In this document: in pieces, positions 1 to 10,067 of the stretch
Numbering within the stretch: position 1 is the stretch's first letter
How the letters are laid out: each line of letters begins with the position of its first letter
NCBI RefSeq assembly: GCF_025526975.1
Contig: NW_026515704.1
Coordinates: 1 to 64,000, forward strand
DNA from: Fimicolochytrium jonesii
Taxonomy: Eukaryota
Length of the DNA stretch: 64,000 nucleotides
Direction: 5' to 3'
Notes under the pieces: generated by a model
Databases searched by the model: none
What the model was told of the DNA's origin: nothing
What the model saw: only the letters and a program-made list of their open reading frames with translations
Translations under genes and position numbers: made by a program

Positions 1-1
1 G

Positions 2-443
2 GGCGCAAACTCCTTGAAGCTTGTGCCGGTGGAAGAGTACTACAGTCTCATCAATGGCATCATGGACGCTGCCACCAGAGTTCTATTCAGAGGAGATCGC
101 AATAGACAGACTACTGTGACAGACTGTCAGCGCTTCCGAGATGTTCTCAACTCTTTTGGTTTCAATCCCGGATGGTTCAAAGGCATTGCACCCGTCATTG
201 ATCCTGCTCGTGCTTGGTGGGGTCATGGGGATGGGGAAGTGCCTGATGCTGCTCCCATTGGCAATATCCTGTGAACTCTTCCATCAGCATCGTGATCAGC
301 TTCAATGTCCCAACTGTGGAGGCTCAGCTTTTCATAGCATTGGCGGTCAGCATCGTTTCCGTCTCCGCTGCGCCAGGTACCCTGAGTGCCGTACGACTTT
401 TGGACAGAACCAAGTCCGTGACATGCTTGCGGAAGTCCTTTAG
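2..443 (+). pseudogene. 3' fragment of an unknown gene ending in a zinc-ribbon (CPNC...C..YPEC), apparently frameshifted near 270
   Basis: Frame open from the window edge to TGA at 272-274; a second frame continues ELFHQHRDQLQCPNCGGS...RLRCARYPECRTTF to a stop at 443. Confidence 0.3.
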
Positions 444-1479
444 TACTGTTGAATGTCGTTGATAACTTTACACCAAAACCCTTTTCTGAATGTGCGCTTT
501 TCCAATGTACTCTAAATCAATAAATGCAATACTACTTTCCACCATTTTAAATGTTCCATGACAGAGACAGTTTGGCTGAATTTAATAAGTGATCTGGGAA
601 ATCTCTAACCCCAACCCTCTCACTCTGCGTACCCTGCAAGCAAGCCCAGGTCACGTGCTCTAACCTGCATGGACAAACTGTAGAACACTGCTTTAAATGG
701 AAAATGTTTAACAGTTTTGGTAAATGACATTCCGCAACGGTCCTACAAACAGTCTACGATGCACAGCGGAATCACAAAATGTTTACTGGAGAACACAGCC
801 AAACCCCTTTGCCTGCACATACGTACTCGTGTCTTTTGTTAGGAGGTCTTGGGGGTCACTACTTGAGAATTGAAAAGGGGCCCTGTTCTTCAGCCAAAAG
901 CAAGGTTACACAAGATTTGCTACCACATCAGCTATGCAAACCATAAGCTACAATCAACTTTCATTAAGTGCCCTACACTGGATAGTCAGCCAGATGTTGA
1001 GATATCACCACATTTTCCAACTTTTTACCCCCCGTCGCGTGAAAATTTCGTTTTTCTAAGTTTCTGAAGCCGTTTCCGCACGGATTGCCAATCCGAGAGT
1101 ACTTCAATTAGAGAATATGATATGGGTCCAACTTTTCAATTAGGACGCCAACTCCGGATCGGCACTATAAGAATCCCAATTTGCACAAGTCCTATAACGT
1201 ATATATAACATATATGTCCCCTTTACATCAACCCCCCCCCCCCTATTGGCACCCCTGCCGCCCCCCGTACCCGCACCACCGCCCATATGACCCATCACTT
1301 GCCCTTGCACACCTAGTCCTCCCCGACTTGCCTAGGTGCGCAACACCCCCCCGCCACTACATCCCTCAGAGTCAAAAATTCGAACTGTAGAACACACCCA
1401 AAAGCCAGAAAACTCGAAAATTTCTAAGTCCCTAGGGTTCCAGGCAACCCAATAATAAAACCCAACCCAGGGGGTCTTG

Positions 1480-1539
1480 TAACCTACCCTAACCCTAACC
1501 CTAACCCTAACCCTAACCCTAACCCTAACCCTAACCCTA
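1480..1539 (+). repeat. Telomeric repeat tract (TAACCC)n, ~10 units
   Basis: Read directly; one variant unit. Confidence 0.97.
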
Positions 1540-1810
1540 TATTTCCCCTTTACACTCAACCCCTGCCCCGCATCCCCCCCATTTGCACCCCTCCCCGCTC
1601 CTGGCCACACCACCCGCACCCAACCCATCACTTACCCTTGCACACGTGGTCCCCTGTGACTTGCCTAGGTGCGCACCACCCCCGGCACCCTACCCCTTGG
1701 AACCTGGAATCTGAACTGTAGAACACTGCCCAAAACCAAAAAACTCGAAAATTTCTAAGTCCCTAGGGTTCCAGGCAACTCAATAATAAAACCCAACCCA
1801 GGGGGTCTTG

Positions 1811-1897
1811 TAACCCTAACCCTAACCCTAACCCTAACCCTAACCCTAACCCTTACCCTAACCCTAACCCTAACCCTAACCCTAACCCTAACCCTAA
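1811..1897 (+). repeat. Telomeric repeat tract (TAACCC)n, ~14 units
   Basis: Read directly; one TTACCC variant; abuts the fibre ORF. Confidence 0.97.
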
Positions 1898-4800
1898 GTA
1901 CCTGCCGAAACACCGAGCTGTAACGTCGTGAAACTTCCGGCAGAAAGGTTAGGAGCTCCTAAGTGCGACTGAACAATCGGTCCTGCCGAACTGATATTGC
2001 TGTAGATTGTACCCGCAACGGTCAAGTCCTTTCCTACGTTAACATTGCCTGCAAACCCGGCTCCACCTTTGACTTGAAATGCACCTGATGTCGAAGATGA
2101 GGAGTCTGCCGTGGATAGAATCTGCACACTTGGAACATTGCTATTGATCACGAAGTTTGCCGCTGACCCGGAATAGAGGAAAAAGTTTCCAGCATTGGGA
2201 GCACTTGTACCGGTTCCAGCATAACCAAAAGCGCCCACTACCGTTCCCGTGTTGTTCAAGAAGCCAATAGTGGAAAACCCCGATGCCGAAAGACTCTGGA
2301 TCTTGAGAACATCGGATGTTGTGGAGTTGGTTTGCAATGTCCCCAGAGATGTTATCCCTGGTTGACTTGCGTTCACACTGAAGGCGTTTCCAGTGCGTGT
2401 CAATCCTGTTCCAGCAGTATAAAGACCGTCTACGTAGGCTTTCGTTGCCGCATGCAAACTTAGGGTTGGTGTTGACACGGTGGCTGTTCCCCCAATGTTT
2501 AATACACCAGATATACTTGCATTCCCAGTGACATCAAGACCGCTTAGGCTGGAAGCACCAATTACATTCAAACTGGCGTTGACCGTCACGTCTTGTAGAT
2601 CGCTGCCCCCAGAGACAACAAGGTCAGACGCTTGGACTTGACCAAACTGACCGATGCCGTCTACGGTCAAGGCAGACGAGGTCAAGTCAGTGGAGGTTAG
2701 GTATAGACTGTTCAGCCATGCGTCTGGAACCAGAGATAGGGTCGTTCCTGATTTGCTGAGGTTGCTGCCAGCGGTTGTTGTCTGCGCATCAACATAAGCT
2801 TTGGTACTCACTTGCGAATCGAGGTTGGCGAGAGGCAACACTCCCGTCACGTCTGTTGTCAGAGTGATACTGTTCTTCAGCGCAGTAGAGCCTAGCCCGA
2901 GGGCGCTTCTAGAAGCGGCAGGACTGGTCGAGATGAAGTTTGTCCCATCTCCTACAAGGAAGTAGCTAGCAGTGGCAGTCGCGTTCGATATGGTGCTGAG
3001 CTTGCTATTCAGCGGTTGCGCTCCCGTCTGTGTGGTGTTGATCAATCCGTCAACGTATCCCTTTGATGCAGCGTGAGTAGGGTTACTAGGGGTGGCAGGA
3101 ACAGTCACCGCTCCACTAACTATTAGAGCCCTTGCAATAGTGACCGTCAGATCATTCCCATTGACGTTGAGAACCGGTGTAGACCCGCCTCCAGTGGTAT
3201 TCAAGAGCGAAAGGAACCCGGGACCCAGTGAATCACCGGTTACGGTCGAATATAACTGCCAGCAAGCCCCTCCGGTTGCCGTACTCGATAGATTCAGCGC
3301 CGGCTGCGACCCCTGCACAATGACACCCTGCGTCCGACTGTTACCAAGATCGGAAAGAGACCCGAGAGTCCCAACACTGGTGATGCCAGGCTGGGCGGCG
3401 TTGACACTGAATGCTGTGCCCGTCTTCGTCAAACCAGAGCCGGCGGTAACAACAAGCGAATCAACATAGGTCTTCCTGGCTATCAATGCGTCTATCCTTG
3501 GCTCCGGCAGGACACTTGTGCCGACGTCCAATGCTAGGTCCAGCGATGACTTGAGGGAAAAAGAGCCAAGTCCGAGCGCCGATCTAGCGTTCGTTGGGCT
3601 GGTCGAGGCATAATTAGTCCCGTCACCAACAAGGAAGTACGAAGCAGCCGCTGTACTTGCAGCGATTGTCGATAGCTTAGCATTCAGCGGTTGATAGGAG
3701 GTAGCAGCTGTGGCTGAGAGGAGATAGTTACTGAGCGTAGGTGAACTGATAGCTCCGGAAAAGGTAGCTGTTGTCCCTGTCAGGCCTCCAGAAAGGGTCA
3801 CTGTGCCGAGAGAAGTGATCTTGGTCGAGTCGAAAGTCACCGTGTCCGCTGCTCGTGTCAGCACAGGGGAAGGAGCGAAAGTGAGCTTCTTCTCGTAGAC
3901 GGAAAGGTCCGGTACGCCGCTCAGCTGGGCATAGGGAAGAATTCCTGTTTTGTCGAACTTGAGATCTATCTGAGGCTTGATTGCCGCAGTATGGTACTGT
4001 TTAAGGATGTCGAGATTGACGGCTTGTTGCGGGACTTCATTCAGTACCCCGCGGTACGAACAAACACTGGGAGTGTCAAATAATAACCTTGTAACATCAC
4101 AGGAGGTGTCGTCGGGTTTCGGCAGCGTCGAAATGATAACTTGCCAGCCGTCTTCTAGCACCGGGTTGTTGTTGGCGTCTATGATCGGATTCCCGCTAGC
4201 GTCTGTCTTATTCTTTTGTTCGCGTCCAAAAACAGATGCAAAGCCGCCTACAATGGTTGTTCCCCCAACAGCTCCCGCGAGAGCCCCAAGAGCGCCGAAG
4301 GCTGAGGTAGGCGCAACAGCCACACCACTGGCCAAAGGCCCTCCTATGAGCGACGCACCGCTGCTGAGAAGAAACCCGAGGGGGCCAGTCACACTGACAA
4401 CGGGAGAGGATCCAGAAGCGGTCAACGGGTCACTCTCTGCAAACGGATCAGACTCCTCTGTGTTCTCCTCCGGGTCAGAGTCCTGCTTCTTCTGCTTATA
4501 AGGCTGAACGCTGCTGATTACGTAACCGGTACTCTCAGAACCTGCCACTATAATTCCCGCCCCCCCAGAGATCACCAGCGGCTGCTTAGAGATATTGAAA
4601 TCCTTGTCAGCTCCGGTCACTATGATGGGAAGAGTGCCAGTTATTACTGTCGGCGCTTCGGGTTCGGGCTGGTACGTGCATGAGATCGTTGAGCCGCTTA
4701 TGCCAATGTTGTTTCCCGCTGTGTACGCTCCTGAGATCGTGTTCCCTGTGGGATGGACACCGTTGTTCGCTTGATAGTTTCCTTTCACTGAGTTCCCGGT

Positions 4801-6408
4801 AACGGTGACTGTGGAGTCTCCGGCCTGTAGGTCCAGTTGGAGATCATTCTCGACCCTCTTCACACCTTGGCTGGCGGTCAGCTTCTCTCCGAACGTGTTG
4901 TTCCCGTCAAAGGTTATGGCTCCGGAGACGGTAGGTGCAAGTTTGACCTGATTCTGGTTCTCTATCTTGAGACCGCCGTTTCCTGGCTGGAACGTGAGTC
5001 CGATACCGATCTTACCGTCAATCACTCGAACACCTTTGTTGTCCACCAATGGCGTAACGTTGACCCCCAACACCTGGTTCTCGACCGCCAAAGTAGCGTC
5101 CGTACGCAAACTCACCGTCCGCCTACATCCGCTCACTCCGCTGATATCAATAGGGGAGCCCGTATCGCTCTGATACAGCTGTTCCACATAGGCGCTTGTA
5201 GGAACTTCGTTGTTTGACGGGGAGAAGTTGCTGTTGACTATTACGTGCGGCGCTCTTAGTTCGTTCAGCGTCTCGTTATATGTGAAACCCGAGTCCGAGT
5301 TTAAGCCAGATATGGCGTTGTGGAAAGGTACCCACCCCCTTCCAGCTGAGCGGATCGCCAGGCGTCCATTTGTCTGCTGAAAATCCTCACTGGTTTTCAA
5401 GCGGATGACGCTCGCGTCCGCGTCAACATCATCATCCAGCAGCTCGCTGATGGTCGAATATCCGAGCTCCAAGTGATCATCCAGCGCCAGTGAGGAGGCT
5501 TTATCGCTGCTGACGGCTCCTCTGCCGAACACCACCTGGGAGATATTGGTACCCAATTCATTTTCGTCGGTTACTTCAAGACCCTTACCTAGGGAAATGC
5601 TCAAAGTTCCATCTTGGCGCGTCAAAGGCGCCTCAATGGCCTCTGGAACTACGCTCAAAGCCCCATCTAAAACATGGAGACTGCCATCCGTGTGCAAGGA
5701 CACGGTCTTGTCTGCTGTGGCAGATTCATGCAGAGGAGCTTCATAGTTTGTTGGGACGATGGCCAAAGCGCCCGTGGCGTCCACGGCGAAGTCATCCGTA
5801 TTCAATTTCAACCCTACGCCTGACCCGTCTCGCGTTAAGGGTTGCTTTAGCGGTTCCTTTGGGACGGACAAGTCTCCATTCGCCGTTACAACGAGCGTAG
5901 AATCGTGCCGCAATTCGATGCCATCCCTGTCTCGAATCAGAGGAGGCTGAAGTGTTTCTGGGGCAGGGAAGACTACGGAAAGCTCCCCATCATTGACCTT
6001 CAAGGTATCTTGGTCGTACGAGAGCGTCAGGCCCTCATCCGTGACCGTTAATGGATCCGTCCATTTCAGTGTAAGGCGGTTGTCCGTCTCATCTAGAGGC
6101 GCGATGACCTCAACTTTTGGCACGGGAGTTGTGCCGAGTTTACCAGTGACTCGGAGGGTCTCATCATGAACAAGGCTGACGGTTGCCAGCCCGGCTTCGG
6201 TCTTCGATTCCAGCGGCTCGGTGGCCCCTACGCGATTCACTTCCAACGGGCCATTCTCGTTGGACACGGCCCGAAACGCCGCTGAATCGAAGCCACTCAT
6301 AGACATTTTGTCGCCAGCAGCTTTGATCGAACTACTCACGGTGGGCGCTACCAGGTTGAGCCGATCCAGCGTCCTGATGCCGCTGCTTGTCCGAGAGTTG
6401 ATGTTCAT
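1894..6408 (-). CDS. Viral fibre/spike protein (1504 aa), probably C-terminally truncated by the telomere tract
   Basis: N-terminal repeats such as PLTRDGSGVGLKLN and APLTRQDGTLSISLGKGLEV resemble triple beta-spiral shafts. Later AGxGLTxTGxxFSV and HAATKAYVD motifs resemble phage/NCLDV fibres. The stop TAG is part of the first TTAGGG. Confidence 0.8.
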   Translation of the reverse strand: MNINSRTSSGIRTLDRLNLVAPTVSSSIKAAGDKMSMSGFDSAAFRAVSNENGPLEVNRVGATEPLESKTEAGLATVSLVHDETLRVTGKLGTTPVPKVEVIAPLDETDNRLTLKWTDPLTVTDEGLTLSYDQDTLKVNDGELSVVFPAPETLQPPLIRDRDGIELRHDSTLVVTANGDLSVPKEPLKQPLTRDGSGVGLKLNTDDFAVDATGALAIVPTNYEAPLHESATADKTVSLHTDGSLHVLDGALSVVPEAIEAPLTRQDGTLSISLGKGLEVTDENELGTNISQVVFGRGAVSSDKASSLALDDHLELGYSTISELLDDDVDADASVIRLKTSEDFQQTNGRLAIRSAGRGWVPFHNAISGLNSDSGFTYNETLNELRAPHVIVNSNFSPSNNEVPTSAYVEQLYQSDTGSPIDISGVSGCRRTVSLRTDATLAVENQVLGVNVTPLVDNKGVRVIDGKIGIGLTFQPGNGGLKIENQNQVKLAPTVSGAITFDGNNTFGEKLTASQGVKRVENDLQLDLQAGDSTVTVTGNSVKGNYQANNGVHPTGNTISGAYTAGNNIGISGSTISCTYQPEPEAPTVITGTLPIIVTGADKDFNISKQPLVISGGAGIIVAGSESTGYVISSVQPYKQKKQDSDPEENTEESDPFAESDPLTASGSSPVVSVTGPLGFLLSSGASLIGGPLASGVAVAPTSAFGALGALAGAVGGTTIVGGFASVFGREQKNKTDASGNPIIDANNNPVLEDGWQVIISTLPKPDDTSCDVTRLLFDTPSVCSYRGVLNEVPQQAVNLDILKQYHTAAIKPQIDLKFDKTGILPYAQLSGVPDLSVYEKKLTFAPSPVLTRAADTVTFDSTKITSLGTVTLSGGLTGTTATFSGAISSPTLSNYLLSATAATSYQPLNAKLSTIAASTAAASYFLVGDGTNYASTSPTNARSALGLGSFSLKSSLDLALDVGTSVLPEPRIDALIARKTYVDSLVVTAGSGLTKTGTAFSVNAAQPGITSVGTLGSLSDLGNSRTQGVIVQGSQPALNLSSTATGGACWQLYSTVTGDSLGPGFLSLLNTTGGGSTPVLNVNGNDLTVTIARALIVSGAVTVPATPSNPTHAASKGYVDGLINTTQTGAQPLNSKLSTISNATATASYFLVGDGTNFISTSPAASRSALGLGSTALKNSITLTTDVTGVLPLANLDSQVSTKAYVDAQTTTAGSNLSKSGTTLSLVPDAWLNSLYLTSTDLTSSALTVDGIGQFGQVQASDLVVSGGSDLQDVTVNASLNVIGASSLSGLDVTGNASISGVLNIGGTATVSTPTLSLHAATKAYVDGLYTAGTGLTRTGNAFSVNASQPGITSLGTLQTNSTTSDVLKIQSLSASGFSTIGFLNNTGTVVGAFGYAGTGTSAPNAGNFFLYSGSAANFVINSNVPSVQILSTADSSSSTSGAFQVKGGAGFAGNVNVGKDLTVAGTIYSNISSAGPIVQSHLGAPNLSAGSFTTLQLGVSAGT

Positions 6409-6475
6409 CTCGGAGGAAGCAGATGATTCCTAGATTGATAACAAGGGAGGGAAAAAAAAGCGATATGAGATCTGC

Positions 6476-6772
6476 TCAGGCCAGAGGAATGTTCTGCAGA
6501 TGCCCGAGGAATTGATCGCCTCCTTTGTGGTAAGCATCAACCTTCTTTAGCCCTAGATCAGCAAAGGAGCCTACCTTACGTGAAGCTTCCTTCACCTTGT
6601 CGTCGAAGATATCATTGGTTTCGACTCCCTGGTGGACATGAGTTAAGAGCTTGTGGCCAGTCCTGACACCCGAGACCGCTTGATCGAGGAATCCCCGAGC
6701 CTTCTGAATGTGACCTGGAACTTTCGAAAAGAAAGTGTTTGCTTTGCTTCGTGCTTTGTCAAAGAATCCCAT
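6476..6772 (-). CDS. Small basic amphipathic protein (98 aa), candidate virion membrane-lytic/internal protein
   Basis: MGFFDKARSKANTFFSKV: Gly2 followed by an amphipathic helix pattern; located between fibre and capsid genes. Confidence 0.55.
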   Translation of the reverse strand: MGFFDKARSKANTFFSKVPGHIQKARGFLDQAVSGVRTGHKLLTHVHQGVETNDIFDDKVKEASRKVGSFADLGLKKVDAYHKGGDQFLGHLQNIPLA

Positions 6773-6837
6773 CCGTGCTGCTTGCCGCCTGCGTTTCTTT
6801 TTCTCTTACTTAGCGCAAAGAGAAAAAGAAACCACAG

Positions 6838-8397
6838 ATGGTTGAATTCGACGACAGAAACGCTGGCCTGCCAACTGCTGCTGCTTTTACTTACCCAAAC
6901 CAGCCTATTCTCAACATCCATGCGAGACAGTACGGCTTCATCCGCGGTAAACCAGGGGCAACGTTCAACAGATTGTTCCATACAGGGTTTTACGTGCCAG
7001 GAAAGGGCGTGGTGAAAGATGTCTTCAACAGACCGCTCTCAGTTGCAGAGAAAGTCACCCTCCGAGCTGCTCCGTACCAAAGCAAGGTCGCTCGGGATGC
7101 GGTTGATGCTCTCCATGCCGTGGAGAAGGAACGGGCGAAGCAAGCTTATTTCGATGAGCTCGACGCCAATAATCTTTTCCCGCGTAGGGGCAGGACCATT
7201 GCCTTACCCAGATCGGTTGCATCCCAGACGAACTCAGACGGCTCAGCCACCATCTTCCACCAGCCGGCATGGGTGCGAACTCAGCAGAACCAATTTGTGG
7301 GGGATGTGACCAGCAACGTCCAGCGAGGCGGCGATTCGCATCTGCCAGAGAAGGGCAACAGCAATGCAGGAAAGCCCATCCTTGGAATCAATCCCGTTGT
7401 GACGAAACGCGATGATGGCGAGAGTCTGACCGACGAAATTGGGCGACTGGGAAAGGTGTCGGGAATCACTTTCGGAACTCAGACCAGTCCCGTCCTGTCT
7501 CCCCCCAAACATGCAGTTCGCGATATGCGTTCGGTGGCGTCGGAAACCAACATGCCTGACATTGGCAGAACCACATTGGACCTCATATTCGCAAACGGCG
7601 GCCGCTTCCAGACGTTCATGGACCAGCTGCGTTTCGGGAACGAGACGCTTCAGCAGCAGCTTCGGGGGCAGGAAGCCCAGCTGGGTAACATATCAGCTGC
7701 CACTATGTCCACATTCAAGAACATCCTCGTTTCCATGGGCTTCCAGGAAAGTAGCCTTCCTGCGACGATCAGTCCAGACGAGATGTTGCGTCTCGTGAAG
7801 CAGGTTGAGACAATTTCTCCGGTAGCAATCACCGAGATAGCAGCTATGCGAACCCTTATAGAGACTTTGAAGAAGCAGAGAACGCAGGAGGTTGCCGATA
7901 TGGGAACGCAGTACTCACCTCCTTCCACACCGGCAGCTGCCTCCAGTCGTCCCGTTCCTCCACCTATCCAGACCCAGTGGCAACCGAGGGGGTCACCGAC
8001 TCCATCCCTTCCATCCGTCGATTCTATCTTTGGTCAAAGCAGCCTGAATTCATCCCCAGAGCGGTATGGGCATAGCAGCGGGAGGTCTACACGACCTATG
8101 TCTATCTCTCCGGACGTAGCACCCCAGTTCTCTCCCGAACCCCAGCCTTCTGCTCCTGGTCCTAGCAGCTTGAAACGAACCGCAGATCCAACCCAGACGG
8201 AAATATTCGGCCCTGAATATACGGTGGAGGCCGACCAAGACACTCCGGTTGTCCCCTTACAAAAGGCAGCTAAAGGCAAAGGAAAGGCACCGGCCGTAAG
8301 ATCATCCAAGAGAGAAGCTGCAGCACCTGAGAAGTTGTCTGACGACGCTGGATTCAAACAGACCTCGACTCGGAAAGGGAAAGGGAAGGCTAAGTAA
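6838..8397 (+). CDS. Hypothetical viral protein (519 aa) with central coiled coil, P/S-rich region and basic C-terminus
   Basis: Long intact ATG ORF; ends STRKGKGKAK; no family recognised. Confidence 0.7.
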   Translation: MVEFDDRNAGLPTAAAFTYPNQPILNIHARQYGFIRGKPGATFNRLFHTGFYVPGKGVVKDVFNRPLSVAEKVTLRAAPYQSKVARDAVDALHAVEKERAKQAYFDELDANNLFPRRGRTIALPRSVASQTNSDGSATIFHQPAWVRTQQNQFVGDVTSNVQRGGDSHLPEKGNSNAGKPILGINPVVTKRDDGESLTDEIGRLGKVSGITFGTQTSPVLSPPKHAVRDMRSVASETNMPDIGRTTLDLIFANGGRFQTFMDQLRFGNETLQQQLRGQEAQLGNISAATMSTFKNILVSMGFQESSLPATISPDEMLRLVKQVETISPVAITEIAAMRTLIETLKKQRTQEVADMGTQYSPPSTPAAASSRPVPPPIQTQWQPRGSPTPSLPSVDSIFGQSSLNSSPERYGHSSGRSTRPMSISPDVAPQFSPEPQPSAPGPSSLKRTADPTQTEIFGPEYTVEADQDTPVVPLQKAAKGKGKAPAVRSSKREAAAPEKLSDDAGFKQTSTRKGKGKAK

Positions 8398-8461
8398 GTT
8401 TACTCATCCCATGTCTTCACTCGTTCTATGTATGTATGGGTTACTGCGCGTCTTATCGCCT

Positions 8462-8488
8462 GCGCCACCGTCTTATGTACGGTGGTGC
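8462..8488. terminator. Stem-loop between convergent viral genes (possible 3'-end signal)
   Basis: GCGCCACCGT-CTTATGT-ACGGTGGTGC, a 10 bp stem with one G-T pair. Confidence 0.35.
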
Positions 8489-8763
8489 GAACGAAGTCTT
8501 GTGTTTATCGATGAGATTATCGATGAGTATTGTGTTTATCGATAAACTCGACGGCCAGTTTGGGCCAGCAAAAATGTGCCGTATGGTTATCGTCCCCTGC
8601 GCTTCGCCGCAGCCTGTCGCTCCAACACGAATCTTCTTAACTGGGGAGGAATGACCCCCTTCTTAGGTTTCCCTGATCCTGTTCGTGCTGTTGTAAGTGC
8701 TAGTTTCCTCGCCATACGTTTATGAGTCTCGCTTCTGTCTCTACAACTAGAAAAAAATTGCTA

Positions 8764-9987
8764 CTATACGACGTCCACCGTGGACCCAATGAGGAGCGTG
8801 CGGTGGTTGTAGACAGTAGTTAGCAACAACACGGCCGTGCTTGGCGCCGGTAACGCGTGCGTTGTGATTACGCGGAGGTTACCGTCTGATCCGACAACGT
8901 TCAACGAAGACTCTGTGTCCTCATCAGATGACTGCCAGCTGTATCGCATGACAAACCGTTCGGTGAAGAAGTTTGTCAGATCCACATCTTCCGAGTAGTA
9001 ACTGGCGTTATCACTCATGGACAGGGCACCGATCATGACACTGTCAGACACGTCGAAGTCGTCTGTGAGAGGGAGACGCCAACCGCCTAGCTGAAATCGC
9101 CACGACTTCAAGTTAGCTGTGGTGTAGATACGCAACTTGTCTCCCGTGGTCGTTGCATAGGTGTTATCGTCCCGGAAGCGGTGAGTGAGACCAGTGACAC
9201 GGCTATTCGTCAATGGCAGGATGAAGTTGTTCTGAGACGCCCCACTGCAGGTATTGGACAGCTGGTTGACAGACACGAAGTCCATCTCCAGGTACTTGCC
9301 CGCCTGGATTCCCTTCCAGAGCGTGGAAAGATACTCGCTGCTTGGGGTGACAAGCTGGGCCACGTAGCGGAGGTTGCTCACGGTGAAGTAGGAACCGGCA
9401 GGAGCATCTGTGAACGCGCTTTGGGGGGTGTTGAGAGGCAAGGACAGCTCACAAGCTTGGTTAGGCAAGACGCACAGAGGCAGCGGTTGACCGTTCAGGG
9501 GCCTCATGCTCCCAAACTGAAGATGATGTTTGAAAGTGAAACCCCCAGCATCGTTTTTGAAAGCGTTTGGAGCCGCTACCCCTTCGTGGTATGCAGGATA
9601 CTTTCGCCTTTCCTTGTCCACGAATTGGTACAGGTCGGTCAAGAACAAGGGAAAATCGGTAATCTCATCTACAAGCTTCCCGCCGATTCTAATGGAAGCT
9701 GATCTGAAGCACCCCATTGCGCCAATGTCGGACACAGTGGCCGTCTTCAGAGCTGTCCCATCGGCGTTGAAAAGGGAGACGGTCCCACTCAGGTATGACC
9801 TTTGGGGCCGCAGGAACGACGAGTTACTGTCAATCACTACTTTGACACTATTTGCGCTTGTCCTCGAATCAAAATTTTCCTTGATCGGACGATAGATGGC
9901 GATGTTTTCACTCAGGGCGTCGCTATGCATCGAGAATTGCCTACTAGCGTACTGCCAGTTAGCAGGTACCACGGGATTTGTGCTCAT
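8764..9987 (-). CDS. Major capsid protein, PLV-type double jelly-roll (407 aa)
   Basis: SFLRPQRSYLSGTV and GAMGCFRSASIRIGGKLVDEITDF match the FLxPxxSYL and GAxxxIxxxxIxxGxxxxExI pattern of PLV MCPs; beta-rich; size and context fit. Confidence 0.82.
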   Translation of the reverse strand: MSTNPVVPANWQYASRQFSMHSDALSENIAIYRPIKENFDSRTSANSVKVVIDSNSSFLRPQRSYLSGTVSLFNADGTALKTATVSDIGAMGCFRSASIRIGGKLVDEITDFPLFLTDLYQFVDKERRKYPAYHEGVAAPNAFKNDAGGFTFKHHLQFGSMRPLNGQPLPLCVLPNQACELSLPLNTPQSAFTDAPAGSYFTVSNLRYVAQLVTPSSEYLSTLWKGIQAGKYLEMDFVSVNQLSNTCSGASQNNFILPLTNSRVTGLTHRFRDDNTYATTTGDKLRIYTTANLKSWRFQLGGWRLPLTDDFDVSDSVMIGALSMSDNASYYSEDVDLTNFFTERFVMRYSWQSSDEDTESSLNVVGSDGNLRVITTHALPAPSTAVLLLTTVYNHRTLLIGSTVDVV

Positions 9988-10067
9988 GTTTAGGTGTGCT
10001 TCACCACCTTCCCTCTACGTTACTTGGTTAGGGATTGAGAAAAAAAAGTTGCCAGCACATGCCAATC

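Larger units (their letters stand above)
1212..1897. repeat. Two diverged tandem subtelomeric units (~1212-1539 and ~1539-1897), each ending in a telomeric tract
   Basis: Both start ATATxTCCCCTTTACA and share AAAACTCGAAAATTTCTAAGTCCCTAGGGTTCCAGGCAACxCAATAATAAAACCCAACCCAGGGGGTCTTG immediately before (TAACCC)n. Confidence 0.9.

Noticed and set aside
1332..1631. ORF with an RVRVRV run
   Set aside because: Translation of the telomere tract.
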